From: Coriobacteriaceae bacterium
Lineage (GTDB): Bacteria; Actinomycetota; Coriobacteriia; Coriobacteriales; Coriobacteriaceae
NCBI GenBank assembly: GCA_025757745.1
Contig: CP107217.1
Coordinates: forward strand, 272,626-336,625
Direction of reading: 5' to 3'
Length of the DNA: 64,000 nucleotides
Part shown: positions 41,552 to 51,857 of the stretch, piece after piece
Layout: the number at the start of each line of letters is the position of its first letter
How positions within the stretch are numbered: the first letter of the stretch is position 1
Notes under the pieces: model-generated
Told to the model about the DNA's origin: nothing
What the model saw: the letters and a program-made list of their open reading frames with translations, nothing else
The model's database searches: none
Made by a program: the position numbers and the translations under genes

Positions 41552-43003
41552 ATGGCGGACAAGAACGCAGAAGTTGCAGTCGAAGGTAACGGTGGCATGA
41601 AGAAAACGCTTTCGCTCTGGAACTTCTTCACCATCGGTTTCGGTGCCATCATCGGTACCGGCTGGGTTCTGCAGGTCGGCGACTGGATGGTCGTGGGCGG
41701 CGGTCCCGTTCCCGCTATGATCGCATTCCTCTTGGGCGCGATCTTCCTCGTGCCCGTCGGAGCTGTTTTCGGTGAGCTCACGGCTGCTATCCCCATTTCG
41801 GGCGGCATCGTCGAGTATGTCGATCGTAGCTTTGGCCGTACGATGAGCTACATCACCGGCTGGCTCCTGGCCCTGGGCAACGGCATCCTGTGCCCGTGGG
41901 AGGCCATCGCCATCTCGACCCTCGTGTCCGAGATGTTCGGCAGCCTGCCCGGCCTTGAGTGGCTGCGCGCCATCAAGCTCTACACCATCCTGGGCGCCGA
42001 CGTTTACCTGTTCCCGACGCTGATCGCGCTCGGCTTTGCAACCTACGTCATCTTCCTCAACTTCCGCGGTGCCAGCTCGGCCGCCAAGCTGCAGGCCTTC
42101 CTGACCAAGGCCCTGCTCTGCGGCATGCTGCTCGCCATGGGCGTCTCGCTGTTCACCGGCTCGCCGGACAACGCCATGCCCGTGTTCTCCCAGGTCACCG
42201 GTGCTGGCGGCGGCAAGCCTGCTACCGAGGGCACCAGCCTGTTCGCAGGCATCGTTTCGGTCCTGGTTCTGACCCCGTTCTTCTACGCCGGCTTCGACAC
42301 CATTCCTCAGCAGGCTGAGGAAGCAGCCGAGGGCCTCAACTGGAACAAGTTCGGTAAGATCATCTCCCTGGCCCTGCTGGCCGCCGGCGGCTTCTACATG
42401 GTCTGCATCTACTCGTTCGGCACCATCCTCGACTGGCATGAGTTTGTTAAGAGCCCGGTTCCCGCGCTTGCCTGCCTCAAGGGCATCAACATGCTCCTGT
42501 ACCTGGCCATGCTCGTCATCGCCACGCTTGGACCCATGGGCCCGATGAACTCCTTCTACGGCGCCACGAGCCGCATCATGCTCGCCATGGGCCGCAAAGG
42601 CCAGCTGCCCGAGAAGTTCGCCGAGGTCGATCCCAAGTCCGGCGCTCCCAAACTCGCCTGCGTCGTTCTGGGCGTCATCACCGTCGTCGGTCCGTTCCTG
42701 GGCAAGAACATGCTCATCCCTCTGACCAACGTGTCGGCTCTCGCCTTCATCTTCTCCTGCGGCATGGTCGCCCTCGCTTGCCTACGCATGCGCTTCACCG
42801 AGCCCGACCTGCCTCGTCCCTACGAGGTGCCCGGCGGCAAGTTTGGCATCAGCCTCGCTATCGTTGCCTGCGGCACCATCATTGGCCTGCTCGTGATCCC
42901 GTTCTCTCCCGCCTCCCTCAACATGGTGGAGTGGAGCATCGTGATCGGCTGGCTGGCTGTTGGCCTGGCCCTCATGGCCTTCACCAATTCCCGCAAAAAA
43001 TAA
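41552..43003 (+). CDS. APC-family amino acid permease
   Basis: GFGAIIGTGW, ELTAAIPISGG, YAGFD, PRPYEVP; about 12 TM; strong RBS. Confidence 0.92.
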   Translation: MADKNAEVAVEGNGGMKKTLSLWNFFTIGFGAIIGTGWVLQVGDWMVVGGGPVPAMIAFLLGAIFLVPVGAVFGELTAAIPISGGIVEYVDRSFGRTMSYITGWLLALGNGILCPWEAIAISTLVSEMFGSLPGLEWLRAIKLYTILGADVYLFPTLIALGFATYVIFLNFRGASSAAKLQAFLTKALLCGMLLAMGVSLFTGSPDNAMPVFSQVTGAGGGKPATEGTSLFAGIVSVLVLTPFFYAGFDTIPQQAEEAAEGLNWNKFGKIISLALLAAGGFYMVCIYSFGTILDWHEFVKSPVPALACLKGINMLLYLAMLVIATLGPMGPMNSFYGATSRIMLAMGRKGQLPEKFAEVDPKSGAPKLACVVLGVITVVGPFLGKNMLIPLTNVSALAFIFSCGMVALACLRMRFTEPDLPRPYEVPGGKFGISLAIVACGTIIGLLVIPFSPASLNMVEWSIVIGWLAVGLALMAFTNSRKK

Positions 43004-43133
43004 CGCCGAGCCGGGCGGATCGGGTGCGCGGAACCCTCTCTCCCGCGCACCGAACCCGGCAGCACTTGGGTAGCTTTGTGAGGCCTTAACCCAACATGGC
43101 CTCGCCCACTATATGGATCCATAAGGAGGAACC

Positions 43134-44411
43134 ATGTCCACTAAGTACGCAATCGTTGGCGGCAAGCTCATCGACGGTACCGGTGCCGAGCCGGTCGAGA
43201 ACTCCCTCGTTCTCGTCGACGACAACGGCAAGATCGAGTATGCCGGTGCTATGCAGGACCTTCCCGAGGGCGTTGAGGTTATCGACGCCGCCGGCAAGAC
43301 CGTCCTTCCCGGCCTGATCGACACCCACCTGCACTTCTCGGGCAACCTGACCGACGATGATACCGACTGGGTCATGCAGCCGCTCCTCGAGAAGCAGGCC
43401 GTCGCCGTCAAGCAGGCCTACGACTGCCTCACCCACGGTCTCACCACCGTCTGCGAGATCGGCCGCTTTGGTATCCAGATCCGCGACTGCATCGACAAGG
43501 GCGTCTTCAAGGGCCCGCGCGTTCTGGCCACCGGCCTCGGCTTCTGCCGCGTTGCCGGCCACGGTGATTCTCATCACTGCAGCCAGGAGCTCAACAAGGA
43601 ATCGCACCCCTGGGGCGATCAGGTCGACGGTCCTTGGGATCTGCGTAAGGCCGTCCGTCGTCGCCTGCGCGAGAACCCCGATGCCATCAAGATCTGGGCT
43701 ACCGGTGGCGGCATCTGGCGCTGGGACTCCGGCCGCGACCAGCACTACTGCTCCGAGGAGATCCAGGCTGTGGTCGAAGAGGCCAAGATGGTCGGCATCC
43801 CCGTGTGGAGCCACTGCTACAACAACCACGCCGCTGCCTACGATTCCGTTCGCTTTGGCTGCGAGCAGCTGATCCACGGCTTCGATATCGATGAGCGCAC
43901 CATGGACCTCATGGCCGAGCAGGGCACCTTCTTCACCCCGACGATCGCCTTCCTGCCCACCTGGTACGCCACCTATCCGCCCGTCTACGTCCCCGAGCTG
44001 CACGACAAGTACGAGGGCACCCTGGTCGAGAAGGAGCTGCAGCGCAACTACGACTGCCTGCGCGAGGCCAAGAAGCGTGGCGTCGTCATGACGATCGGCT
44101 CCGACTCCTTCTCCTTCGTCACCCCGTACGGGACCTGCTCCATCGAGGAGATGTACGAGTTCGTCGACAAGATCGGCTTCACCCCGGTCGAGACCATCAC
44201 CTGCGCCACCCTCAACGGTGCCAAGATGTGCCACATCGAGGACGAGACCGGTTCCATCGAGGCCGGCAAGTGCGCCGACCTGCTGGTCGTAAACGGTGAC
44301 GTCGCCGCCGACATCCACGTGCTCAACACCGACAACATGGACGTCATCATGAAGGACGGCTGGATTGTCGAGGCTGGCACCTTTGGCGAGGGTAACAAAT
44401 ACAGCGCCTAA
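43134..44411 (+). CDS. Metal-dependent amidohydrolase (dipeptidase/imidazolonepropionase-like)
   Basis: LPGLIDTHLH, IKIWATGG, SHC, IHG, GSDS, GSIEAGKCADLLV. Confidence 0.9.
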   Translation: MSTKYAIVGGKLIDGTGAEPVENSLVLVDDNGKIEYAGAMQDLPEGVEVIDAAGKTVLPGLIDTHLHFSGNLTDDDTDWVMQPLLEKQAVAVKQAYDCLTHGLTTVCEIGRFGIQIRDCIDKGVFKGPRVLATGLGFCRVAGHGDSHHCSQELNKESHPWGDQVDGPWDLRKAVRRRLRENPDAIKIWATGGGIWRWDSGRDQHYCSEEIQAVVEEAKMVGIPVWSHCYNNHAAAYDSVRFGCEQLIHGFDIDERTMDLMAEQGTFFTPTIAFLPTWYATYPPVYVPELHDKYEGTLVEKELQRNYDCLREAKKRGVVMTIGSDSFSFVTPYGTCSIEEMYEFVDKIGFTPVETITCATLNGAKMCHIEDETGSIEAGKCADLLVVNGDVAADIHVLNTDNMDVIMKDGWIVEAGTFGEGNKYSA

Positions 44412-44523
44412 GGTACCGTTTGTCGATGACTGGATGTAAAACACAGTATTTGATTGCATAATGCAATGGAGAGGGTCGCTTGCGGCCCTCTTTATTGCTA
44501 TGGGGTGCGTCAGTAAGAAGGGG

Positions 44524-45915
44524 ATGACGGTGGATCTCAATAGGCTGATTCTGGGCAAGAGCTACAACTCGACCAAGGTCTTTCGTGCGGCCCAGCATGT
44601 GGTTCAGGCCATCCTGCTCGGTGTTGTCGTTCCGGCGCTTATCCTGCTGCTTATCTGGGATTTAACCGATAATCCCAATCCCGTTCCGGGCGTTGTCGTT
44701 ATTGCCGGCCTGGTCATGCTGTGCTTCTTTTTCTCGTATGTCTTTGTGGTCCCCGACGACCTCACATCGAGCGCAACCGACCGTACGCTCGCCATCGCAT
44801 CAAAAATATTCGCCTACACGTCGCGTGGCCTTACGCCCGAAGCTGCCCTGGGCGCCTCCAAAATCATCCTGTCCGAGACCATCGCCTCTGCCATCTGCTT
44901 TACCGACGGCAAGCAGGTGTTGGCAAGTTGGGGCGAGGATTCGACAAAGTGTCCCGCCGGCACCCCGGTCGTGCTCAAGACCACGCTCAGTGTGATTGAG
45001 ACGGGCGAGCAGAGCGTGTTTTCGCGCGACGCCTCCAATGAGACGGGCGGCTATTTTCCCCGTCTGCGCGCCGGCATTGTCGCGCCGCTGACCGTGCGCG
45101 GGCATTGCGTGGGCACGCTCGAGCTGTATTACCCCCGCCTGAGCAGCATCGATATGCGCCAGACGGCGTTGGCCTCGGGCTTTGCCGATCTCATTTCCAC
45201 GCAGCTCGCCAGCTTTGAGCTCGAGCGCCAGGACGAGCTCACGGCCCGCGTGGAGCTTCGCGCCCTGCAGTCGCAGGTCGACCCGCATTTTCTATTCAAT
45301 ACCATCAGCACCATCGTGTCGCTCGTTCGAACCGAGCCCGACAAGGCGCGATCGCTGCTGATCGATTTTTCCAATTATTACCGTCAGACGCTTTCTGACT
45401 CCGATACGCTCACCACGCTCGAGCATGAGGTGGAACAGGGCACTCGTTATATCAATCTTATGCAGGCCCGGTATGGCGACGGCCGTCTGCGCGTTTCGGT
45501 CGACATCGACTTTGAGGTGCGCGACAGCATGGTGCCGCCGTTTATCTTGCAGCCGCTGCTCGAAAACTGCATCAAGCATGCGCAGCGCGAGACCGAGCCG
45601 CTTTCTATTCGTGTTGGGGCTTTTGAGACCGATGACGGCTTGGAGATCATCGTCGAAGATGACGGCATCGGTATGAGCGAAGAAGTCTGCGCGCATCTGT
45701 TTGAGCAACATCGCCGAGAGGAGCCCGAGAGCATTACCGCCGACGGCTCCATCAAGCGAGGCTGCGGCCTGGCGCTCTTCAACGTGCTTCAGCGCATCCA
45801 TTTCTTTTACGGGGAAGATTCTGGCATGCGCGTGAAGTCCCAGGAGGGCGTGGGAACGCAGGTCATCGTCGAGCTGAACGGCGAGCCGCATGAGCCGGCG
45901 CCGATGACGGTGTAG
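44524..45915 (+). CDS. LytS-family sensor histidine kinase (2 TM, GAF-like domain)
   Basis: ALQSQVDPHFLFNT, LQPLLENCIKH, VEDDGIGM, GLALFNV, EGVGT. Start 44524 or 44530. Confidence 0.9.
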   Translation: MTVDLNRLILGKSYNSTKVFRAAQHVVQAILLGVVVPALILLLIWDLTDNPNPVPGVVVIAGLVMLCFFFSYVFVVPDDLTSSATDRTLAIASKIFAYTSRGLTPEAALGASKIILSETIASAICFTDGKQVLASWGEDSTKCPAGTPVVLKTTLSVIETGEQSVFSRDASNETGGYFPRLRAGIVAPLTVRGHCVGTLELYYPRLSSIDMRQTALASGFADLISTQLASFELERQDELTARVELRALQSQVDPHFLFNTISTIVSLVRTEPDKARSLLIDFSNYYRQTLSDSDTLTTLEHEVEQGTRYINLMQARYGDGRLRVSVDIDFEVRDSMVPPFILQPLLENCIKHAQRETEPLSIRVGAFETDDGLEIIVEDDGIGMSEEVCAHLFEQHRREEPESITADGSIKRGCGLALFNVLQRIHFFYGEDSGMRVKSQEGVGTQVIVELNGEPHEPAPMTV

Positions 45916-45953
45916 CACGCGGTTGGATTGAGAGAAAAAGAGGGGAAGCGCAT

Positions 45954-46688
45954 ATGTCCGAGGGATGGAACATCTTGGTGGTTGATGACGAGCCTCCTAT
46001 TAGGGCTGAGCTACGTTATCTGCTGGAAAAGGATGCACGTGTGGGCCAGATTGCCGAGGCGGGCAATGTCACCGAGGCCGTGGAGTCGATTCTGTCGAAC
46101 AAGCCCGACGTGCTGTTTTTGGATATCACGATGCCCGGCCGCTCGGGAATCGAGCTTGCCGAGACGCTGCAGAACCTAAAGACGCCGCCGGTCGTGGTGT
46201 TTGTGACGGCATTTGCCGAGTATGCGGCCGATGCCTATAACCTCGATGCCGTCGATTACATCGTCAAGCCGGTCGAGGACGCGCGCCTGTCGAAGGCGCT
46301 CGACAAGATCGAAACCGCCCTGGGTGTTCGCCGCGCTGTCCATACCCCGCGCCAGCCCCTTCGCCTGACGGTGGACCGCGGGGGTAAAAAGGTGTTCATC
46401 CCCGTGGCGGATGTCTGCTACTTTGAGGCGCGTGCCGATTTTTGCAACGCCGTCTGCGCCGAGGGAACATATCTGATTAATGAGTCGATCTCTTCGCTCG
46501 AACGTCGCTTGGCCTCCGAGGGCTTTATTCGTGTTCATCGCAGCTATCTGGTCAATTTGGAAGACGTGCACAATGTTGAGATTGGCTCCACGGGGTTGAT
46601 GGAGCTCAGGCTCGACCGCGTGAGCTCGACGGTGCCGGTGTCCCGTCGTCGTGCCGCCGAGGTCAAGTCGCACCTGGGGCTTGCGTAA
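45954..46688 (+). CDS. LytTR-family response regulator
   Basis: VVDDE, FLDITMP, FVTA, DYIVKP, FIRVHRSYLVN, VPVSRRR. Confidence 0.94.
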   Translation: MSEGWNILVVDDEPPIRAELRYLLEKDARVGQIAEAGNVTEAVESILSNKPDVLFLDITMPGRSGIELAETLQNLKTPPVVVFVTAFAEYAADAYNLDAVDYIVKPVEDARLSKALDKIETALGVRRAVHTPRQPLRLTVDRGGKKVFIPVADVCYFEARADFCNAVCAEGTYLINESISSLERRLASEGFIRVHRSYLVNLEDVHNVEIGSTGLMELRLDRVSSTVPVSRRRAAEVKSHLGLA

Positions 46689-46780
46689 GAGGCTTGCGTG
46701 CCGTCGTTTACCATCGCAGGTTTGGTATGGGCGCGCGGTGGGCATAATGGGTGGCATCGAATGAAATCGAAAGGATCATT

Positions 46781-47725
46781 ATGCCCGCGCTTATCACCCA
46801 TCATCTGTTTGGCGAGGAAAGCATCGACCGTCTTCCGCAGGGCGTCATCACGTTCGACGAGGAGCGCATCGCCTTTATCCTGGGAAACCAAGGTCCCGAC
46901 CCGTTTTTCTTCCACATGCTCACGCCGCGCATTTCCGACTGTACGTCGCTTGCTCAGGTCATGCACCGCTCGCGCATGTCGCGCCAGTTCTCGTGCCTGC
47001 GCGATGGCGTGTCGCACCTGCAGCCGCGCGATGCCAATCTGGGCCGCGCGTTTGCGCTGGGCCTGCTGTCGCACTATGTGCTCGACCGCAATGCCCATCC
47101 CTTTGTCTACGAGCAGCAGTTTGGCATTGTTGAGTCCGACCCCGAGCTCGAGGCTTCGGGCAGTCAAGTTCACGCCGTGCTCGAAAGCGACCTGGACGTG
47201 CTGATGCTGCAGCTTAAACGTGACGGGGCCACGGTCGAGGATTATCCGCCGGCGGGCGAGATCGTCACTACCGACCGCATCAATCGCGTTGCCGGCGTGC
47301 TGATGAGCTACGTCGCCGGGCGCGTGTACGGTATCGACATCCCGGCGGGGGAGTACGCCGGCGCCGTAGCCGACATGCAGCTGCTCTACCGTACTATCGA
47401 GCCGGCTGGTTCGGCCAAGACGCGCGCGATTGCCCTGCTCGAGGGCTTGGTGCACGATTATTCGCTGCTCGACGGCCTTGCGCACCGCGTGACGACCGAG
47501 CTGCCCGAGCGTACCGGCAACCTGGGCCACTTGGCATGGAAGAACCCCTTTACTGATGAAGTCTCGACCGAGAGTTTCCCCGAGGTCTTTGACCGCGCGC
47601 TGGTCGATTACGAGTGCACGGTCGCCCGCTTTATCGAGACCGGCGATATGGAAGCCGTGACCAACCATGTCAATTACAGCGGTCGCGTGCTCGGCACCGA
47701 CGAGGAGTTCGACCGCGAGGAGTAG
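46781..47725 (+). CDS. Zinc-dependent phospholipase C-family protein
   Basis: MPALITH, GNQGPDPFF, SHYVLDRNAHPFV, HAVLESDLD; GAAAGGA RBS. Confidence 0.75.
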   Translation: MPALITHHLFGEESIDRLPQGVITFDEERIAFILGNQGPDPFFFHMLTPRISDCTSLAQVMHRSRMSRQFSCLRDGVSHLQPRDANLGRAFALGLLSHYVLDRNAHPFVYEQQFGIVESDPELEASGSQVHAVLESDLDVLMLQLKRDGATVEDYPPAGEIVTTDRINRVAGVLMSYVAGRVYGIDIPAGEYAGAVADMQLLYRTIEPAGSAKTRAIALLEGLVHDYSLLDGLAHRVTTELPERTGNLGHLAWKNPFTDEVSTESFPEVFDRALVDYECTVARFIETGDMEAVTNHVNYSGRVLGTDEEFDREE

Positions 47726-47826
47726 GGTCCGCTCCTGTCTCTTTGCCGAATCCTTACCGGCGCCTCCGTGCAATTGGGGTACGATGAACTAGCTGCATAT
47801 CGGGCGAATACGAAGGGTCCCTGTCC

Positions 47827-49086
47827 ATGAAATACACCAAGCTCGAGCGTAACTGGGTCATGTACGATGTGGGAAACTCGGCCCTCGTGCTGCTCAATAC
47901 CTCGGTGGTGCCCATCTACTTTAACGCCATCAATACCGGCGCTTCCTCGGCAGACCTGGTGGTCGCTTGGGGCAACGCGCAGACGATTGCCTCGCTGGTC
48001 ATTGCCATGCTCATGCCCATTCTGGGCGCGCTTGCCGATTACGCCGGCAACAAGATCAAGTTCTTCTTGGGCTTCTTCCTCACGGGCCTGGTTCTTTGCC
48101 TGGCGCAGGCTATCCCAATGTCCGCCATGGCATTTTTGACTGTGTACGTGCTGTGCACCATCGGCCTCAACTCTTCTATGACGTTCTACGACGCCATGCT
48201 GCCCGACATTACCACCGACGAGCGCATGGACGTCGTGTCCAGCTCGGGCTATGCCTGGGGCTACATCGGTTCCACCGTGCCGTTCATCATCTGCCTGGCG
48301 CTTATCATGGGTGGTCCCGCTCTTGGTGTCCCCACCATGCTGGCAACGCGTCTGTCGTTTGTCATCACTGGTGCCTGGTGGCTCATCTTTACCCTGCCGC
48401 TCATTCGCACCTATAAGCAAAAGTACGGTCGCGAGCGTGGTTCCGAGGACACCATCGGCCACATCGTGGGCGGCGTGTTCTCCGAGGTCGGACACACCAT
48501 GCGCGAGATTGCCCACAACAAGACCGTGCTGGTCTACATGATCGCGTTCTTCTTCTACATCGACGGTGTGCACACGGTCATTTCCATGGCAACCAGCTAT
48601 GGATCGGCTTTGGGCATCGACTCGACCCAACTGGTGCTGGCTCTGCTCGTTACGCAGTTTGTGGCCTTTCCGTCCGCCATCATCTACGGCAAGCTTGCCG
48701 GTCGCGTGGGCACACTCAATATGATCTTGGTGGCCGTCGCCGCCTATATGGGCATCGTGCTCTTTGCCGCGTTCTTCCTCAAGACCGCCTTTGAATTCTG
48801 GGTGCTTGCCATTATGGTCGGCCTGTTCCAGGGCGGTGTGCAGGCGCTCAGCCGTAGCTACTTCGGCCGCATTATTCCCAAGGAAAAGTCCAACGAGTAC
48901 TACGGCTTCTTTGACATCTTTGGTCGTTACGCAAGTGTTATGGGCACCTTCTTGGTGTCGGTCGTCACCTCGCTGACCGGCAACCCCTCGCTGGGCGTCC
49001 TGTCTATCGGCGTGCTGCTGGTGGTGGGCTTTGTGCTGCTGGTCCGTCTGTCCTGCATGTCTCAGACGGCAGAGCAGGCCGCATAG
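47827..49086 (+). CDS. MFS transporter (UMF1/ATG22-like)
   Basis: WVMYDVGNS, FYDAML, SSSGYAWGYIG, GGVQALSRSY; about 12 TM. Confidence 0.88.
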   Translation: MKYTKLERNWVMYDVGNSALVLLNTSVVPIYFNAINTGASSADLVVAWGNAQTIASLVIAMLMPILGALADYAGNKIKFFLGFFLTGLVLCLAQAIPMSAMAFLTVYVLCTIGLNSSMTFYDAMLPDITTDERMDVVSSSGYAWGYIGSTVPFIICLALIMGGPALGVPTMLATRLSFVITGAWWLIFTLPLIRTYKQKYGRERGSEDTIGHIVGGVFSEVGHTMREIAHNKTVLVYMIAFFFYIDGVHTVISMATSYGSALGIDSTQLVLALLVTQFVAFPSAIIYGKLAGRVGTLNMILVAVAAYMGIVLFAAFFLKTAFEFWVLAIMVGLFQGGVQALSRSYFGRIIPKEKSNEYYGFFDIFGRYASVMGTFLVSVVTSLTGNPSLGVLSIGVLLVVGFVLLVRLSCMSQTAEQAA

Positions 49087-49257
49087 GAACTTGCCGGTAA
49101 TTGCGTCCGCCGCGACACTCTTTTGGGGTTATCCGCAATAAACATTCTGACTTTCGAACAATGATTAGCCCAAGTGGGTATGATGGAGTCAGCTAGGTCG
49201 CGGGGCGTCGCCTGTGTTTGGCGGCGTCCCGTTTTTGTGTTGCAGGGAGGGTAAGGC

Positions 49258-50445
49258 ATGAACGCCACGGTCGTGATTCCAACGTATTGGGCGGGCGATG
49301 ACGCTCGCGCAAACGCCCCTGGCACCTATGACCATTCGACACGACTCAACGCCGACAATCCCGAACTCGACCGCTGCCTGGTCTCGCTTGAGCAGGTACG
49401 TGACATCCCGCGCATCATCCTTTTGGTGGTCTGTCCCGTTTCTGCCACAGCCGATGTGTCGCTGCGCGTGCACGAGATTGTCGACGCGCATCCCACGCTC
49501 AAGGTCACCGTTGTTACCAACACCCAGGCCTCGCGCATCGCAGACCGGGTTGCTCAGATCGCACCCAAGGGTTCGGGCGAGTGCGTGAGTCTGCGAGGCT
49601 ACGGCGCCATCCGCAACATGGGGCTAGCCTGTGCCGCTGTGCTGGGGCATGACGCGGTTATCTTTTTGGATGACGATGAGACTGTCATCGACGCCGACTT
49701 TATGAAGCGCGCGACCTATGCGCTGGGCCAGCAGACGCGTCAGGGCCTGCCGATTTTGGTCAAGAGCGGTTACTTTTACGATCGCGACGGATCCCCGCTG
49801 GCGCCCACGGACAAGGTGGGCATCTGCCATCGTTGGTGGACCAAGCGCATCGAGTTCAACCGTTGGATGAAAAAGGCGCTCTCGGGCACCCGCATCTCGC
49901 GCTCCAACTACGTGTGCGGCGGCCTGATGGCCCTGCACGCCCGCGCCTTTACGCGTGTGGCCTTTGATCCGTTTATCACCCGTGGCGAGGATCTGGATTA
50001 CCTCTTTAACATGCGCATGTTTGGCTATGACGTGTGGTTTGACAACGAGTGGGCCGTTCGTCACCTGCCGCCCGAGTCCGAGAAGCGCTCACCGCGCTTT
50101 ATGCAGGATGTATACCGTTGGTACTACGAACGGGCCAAGTTGACGTTCGCCGCGCATCAAAAGGAGCTCATCCCCGTTACGGCGGCATCGCTCATGCCCT
50201 ACCCGGGCCCGTGGATTTCGCGCGAGCTCGACGACCGCGTGCGCAAGACCGCTATGGTCCGCAGCGTGTTTACCCGCGAGCATGAGGGCTACCTGCGCAT
50301 CTGGCGCCATGGTATCGACGAGGCAAAGGCCTATGCGCGCCAAAACGCTGCAAGCTATCTGCGTTTCCAGAGCTTTTGGCCCAAGATCATGGACGGGCTT
50401 TGGCGTGACGCACAACTGATCAGTATCCTGGAGGGGGCCGAATGA
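49258..50445 (+). CDS. GT-A fold (family 2-like) glycosyltransferase
   Basis: VVIPTY, GAIRNMG, IFLDDDE, RGEDLDY, VRHLPP. Confidence 0.78.
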   Translation: MNATVVIPTYWAGDDARANAPGTYDHSTRLNADNPELDRCLVSLEQVRDIPRIILLVVCPVSATADVSLRVHEIVDAHPTLKVTVVTNTQASRIADRVAQIAPKGSGECVSLRGYGAIRNMGLACAAVLGHDAVIFLDDDETVIDADFMKRATYALGQQTRQGLPILVKSGYFYDRDGSPLAPTDKVGICHRWWTKRIEFNRWMKKALSGTRISRSNYVCGGLMALHARAFTRVAFDPFITRGEDLDYLFNMRMFGYDVWFDNEWAVRHLPPESEKRSPRFMQDVYRWYYERAKLTFAAHQKELIPVTAASLMPYPGPWISRELDDRVRKTAMVRSVFTREHEGYLRIWRHGIDEAKAYARQNAASYLRFQSFWPKIMDGLWRDAQLISILEGAE

Positions 50446-51785
50446 TCGACCGCCGCGCCCAGCGCGATAGTTCAATATCAATCTTTCGCATCATTGCCGT
50501 TGCCTGCGCCATTTGCGTGCTGGTGTACTTTATTTTTGCCTTGGTGACCGGTATCGAGCCGATCGCCACGGTGATTGCCTGCGCGCTGCTGTGCATCTTT
50601 CTGTGCATCTTTATCTTTTTGACGCTCAATCCCGATTCGGTGCGCTCCCAGTACACCGAGGAGACGCTCTCGGTGGCCTCGGCCATGCTCGAGGACATTA
50701 AGGGCGGTCTGACGCAGGAATCGGCGCGTTTGGTGTGCCGGCGCATTTTGCCCGAGACGCGCGCCATGACGGTGGCCATCACCGACGAGGACAACGTGCT
50801 TGCCTGCGCGGGCGAGTTTGAGGAAAAACTGCTGCCCGATACTCCCATCCACACGCTTGCCACGCGCTACGTTATCGAACATGGCATCGTGCAGTCGTTC
50901 AACCGTATGGTGGATGTCGTGGGTTCGGACGGCTCGCACAACCAAGTCCCCGCCGGCATTATCGCTCCCATCAAGGTGGGCGATCGTACCGTCGGCACGC
51001 TCAAGTTCTACTACAAGACCCCGCGCGCCGTCGACCGTACCCAGTACGCGCTTGCCTCGGGCTTTGCCGAGATCTTGTCCACGCAGCTCGCCATCCACGA
51101 GCTCGAGGTGCAAAAGGAACTCACGGCGCGCGCTGAGGTGCGTGCGCTGCAGGCGCAGATTAACCCGCACTTCCTGTTCAACACGCTGAACACCATTGCA
51201 TCGTTTACGCGCACCGACCCGTTGCGGGCCCGCGAACTGCTTCGTGAGTTCTCATCGTTCTATCGTGCCACGCTCGACAACTCGGGATCGCTTATTCCGG
51301 TCTCGCGCGAGGTCGCACAGACCAAGCGCTACCTTACCTTTGAGAAGGCCCGCTTTGGCGAGGATCGCGTGCTGGCGACCTTCGACGTGTCCGAGGACGT
51401 CGAGGACACGCTGGTGCCGGCGTTCGTGATCCAGCCGATTGTCGAGAACGCCGTACGTCATGGTATGGGCGATGACGACGCCCTGAGGATCGACGTGACC
51501 GTTCACCAAGACGGCGAGGATGCAATCTTGATTGCCGTGGCCGATAATGGCGTGGGCATGGATGAGGGTACCGCCGCCAGACTGTTTGACGAGCGCTCTG
51601 CCCGTCCCGACGCCAGCTCTCCCCAGGGTGGCGGCGCCGGTGTGGCCATGCACAATATTTCGGAGCGCATCCATCGCTTTTATGGGCCGCACTCCTATAC
51701 GCGTGTCGAATCGGCGCCGGGCAAGGGCACCAAAGTGCTCCTTCATCTTGATTTGTCAGAGAGCATCTTTGACATTCAAGAGTAA
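50442..51785 (+). CDS. LytS-family sensor histidine kinase (2 TM, GAF-like domain)
   Basis: ALQAQINPHFLFNTLN, IQPIVENAVRH, VADNGVGM, PGKGT. Confidence 0.92.
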   Translation: MIDRRAQRDSSISIFRIIAVACAICVLVYFIFALVTGIEPIATVIACALLCIFLCIFIFLTLNPDSVRSQYTEETLSVASAMLEDIKGGLTQESARLVCRRILPETRAMTVAITDEDNVLACAGEFEEKLLPDTPIHTLATRYVIEHGIVQSFNRMVDVVGSDGSHNQVPAGIIAPIKVGDRTVGTLKFYYKTPRAVDRTQYALASGFAEILSTQLAIHELEVQKELTARAEVRALQAQINPHFLFNTLNTIASFTRTDPLRARELLREFSSFYRATLDNSGSLIPVSREVAQTKRYLTFEKARFGEDRVLATFDVSEDVEDTLVPAFVIQPIVENAVRHGMGDDDALRIDVTVHQDGEDAILIAVADNGVGMDEGTAARLFDERSARPDASSPQGGGAGVAMHNISERIHRFYGPHSYTRVESAPGKGTKVLLHLDLSESIFDIQE

Positions 51786-51857
51786 AATAAAAGGCTACGG
51801 GCTCAACGTCATGCGACGGATGCCCGGCGTAGTTAGTTGACGAAAGGTTTTATCCCT

